Positions 62,168 through 64,000 of a stretch of 64,000 bases of DNA are shown here, piece by piece. The DNA lies in contig OZ076409.1 in the NCBI GenBank assembly GCA_964187785.1, forward strand, positions 49,850,001-49,914,000, given 5' to 3'. Within the stretch, counting starts at the first letter, position 1. Each line of letters begins with the position of its first letter. This DNA comes from Amphiscolops sp. MND2022. Its lineage: Eukaryota. The notes below the pieces were generated by a model, which saw only the letters and a program-made list of their open reading frames with translations, did not search any database and was not told the DNA's origin. The position numbers and the translations under genes were made by a program.

Positions 62168-63121
62168 TGTAACGGCTGCTTGCCCTTATCCTGCGCTGAG
62201 GCTTGACAAGCTTTACGCCGCCCTGATCCGTTGCTTAGTGCTGTGGACCGTCACTAAACAATTCCTGGTTTTTCGTGTTTAAAGGACTGTATCTTTTGAC
62301 TGGTGGGTCCGATGTGACCCGTGGAATCTCCTGCGATTCCTCTGTTCACTGAATTGGATCCGATGTGATCCTGCACACACTTCCCTCACAGTATCTTCAC
62401 GCGCTCCGGCTCTCCAACTATGAGAGTAGCTACTTAGTCGCTCTAACTCTAGCGAAAAGTTGTGAAGATTGAGAAGTTGATTAATTAGTCTCTTGGTCCT
62501 AAGACCCAACTTGACTATAGCTATTCAGTGGAGAAAATCTCTATCTAACAATGGTATACATATGGTTTACAGTTCTACAGTAAATATAAGCAAATATCAG
62601 TTGAAATATGTTGTATAAATAAATGACATTTAAAGCATAAAATGAAGTTATTGGCTAAGTAAACAAACTATGTGGTGGTTTTGGCATGTTGGTCAGGTGG
62701 GTTAGAAAGTATGTTTACACAATGTAAATATCAGTAATTTCAACAGAGATGAATTTCCTTCAAGGTCATATAGGAAAATCACATAATAATTAATATATCA
62801 AAATTGGGATTTCATGGAGTCCGACCTAGGTCACTTTGGGTGTTAATTGCTCGGAACCCAGGTGAGATACGGGGTAGGTTGTTAAGAGTGAAAAGTTAGT
62901 GTATCACCACCACTATATGTGTGCCAAGTTTCAAGGTGATTGAATCAGTGGTTTTCCGGGACGGGGGGGGGGGTGGTGTTTTTTTACATAGGGTCATTTT
63001 TGCTTAGACTTGTATTTTTCCATCTAAAATCTTGATAAATTTTCTAAGTGTTTTGAGTTGTAAGTTTCATCAGTCACGTTCGAATTTGAGTTTCTGATCT
63101 CGCAATTGACTGGCGCCAACA
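62168..63121 (-). repeat. 5' LTR of element E
   Basis: Direct repeat of 57730-58683. Confidence 0.97.
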
Positions 63122-64000
63122 GGCTTGTTTTAAGCCTTGTTTAACAATCTCAAGATCCTTTTGAATTTACAACCTTTTAGTCAGGTTTTTGATTTCACGA
63201 TTTTTGCGATTTCACACCTCTTGTTTTGTTTCTTTCCTGCTGCATATTTGCAGCATAATTGTTAATCATTCCTTTTTGCTTCTTGTCCTGCGACTAAGAT
63301 ATTTATTATGCATAGAAAAGTCTACAGCATAATGCAGCAAAATTGGTTCTTTTGATCCATTCCTTTCTTCGAATTTACTTCATGATTCATTGACGCGTGA
63401 CAGCATAAACACTCGTATGTCTCATGACGTAATAGTGTTGACCTTTGTTGAATTTTATGTATTGCGAAGTTAGTCATCAACTTCACCGTTATGTCATTGT
63501 TTTTGTGCGTGCTTCTTTTGAGTTAGTTGTGAGTCATAACATTAGTATGTTGACGTTGTTTTGTTCCAGATCATCGTAAACCTTGACTAAGATTTACACC
63601 AAGCTGTGGAACTTTTGGACCACCTCGTCAGCAATTGGGACAAAGTCGTGAAACATCTCAAAGATAGCCGACGTATTCCCATCTATCGTTCCCATATGCA
63701 AGAGGTTTGTATTCATTGTTTCTTTTCATTTTCGTCTTCAGTACGCAATTCATCTTTTTATCTTATTTGACACATATGCTGCCAGTGTTTCGTTCTCGGT
63801 ACTGTTATAATTTCCTCTTTGGTTCGAAATCTTCTTTTTCTTTTCAGCCCTCTGGGATGGACGATCTTCTCATCGGGGACCAAGTTTTTGTGGCACGATT
63901 GTTCATAACACGCAATGTCCTGAGCCAATGTTAGTATCTTGTTGCTTTTTGTCTAGTCTTTTACTTGTGTGTTTGTTATTATTTCTTTTCTTTGAACATT

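Larger units (their letters stand above)
57730..63121 (-). mobile_element. Young non-autonomous BEL/Pao-derived LTR element (element E)
   Basis: 954-bp LTRs 57730-58683 and 62168-63121 (TG..CA, about 6 differences seen), GGCTT TSD at 57725-57729 and 63122-63126, single ORF ending in a BEL/Pao-type C-terminal domain. Confidence 0.92.

Noticed and set aside
63127..64000. Integrase tail of element D
   Set aside because: Position suggests continuation of D but no recognisable pol motif is present.

Overview
Eukaryotic (metazoan-like, AT-rich, short GT-AG introns) repeat-dense window made up mostly of nested retroelements. It holds a degraded Penelope-like element, four Ty3/gypsy-type LTR elements of one unusual lineage and a young non-autonomous BEL/Pao-derived element. 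The gypsy elements are A 5620-11134 (deleted), B 19283-35084 (complete, GTTTT TSD), C 42545-51433 (interrupted) and D 51434 to at least 57729 (nested in C). The BEL/Pao element E (57730-63121, GGCTT TSD) is nested in D. There is also a LINE RT fragment, five Helentron/DINE-like (HINE) non-autonomous repeats, a 133-bp palindrome and a probable F-box/LRR host gene or pseudogene. The main result is a recurring architecture in the gypsy elements. (i) Gag starts inside the LTR and reads through the PBS. (ii) Between pol and the 3' LTR lies an antisense, intron-containing gene whose product looks like a catalytically dead hAT-type DNA transposase with a BED-like zinc finger; it is clear in B and has a divergent homologue in D. 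(iii) A divergently oriented sense ORF runs across the expected PPT position into the 3' LTR, and no canonical PPT is visible. (iv) The B LTR carries regularly spaced GC-rich motifs that could be binding sites. All family assignments come from motif recognition by eye; no searches were run.
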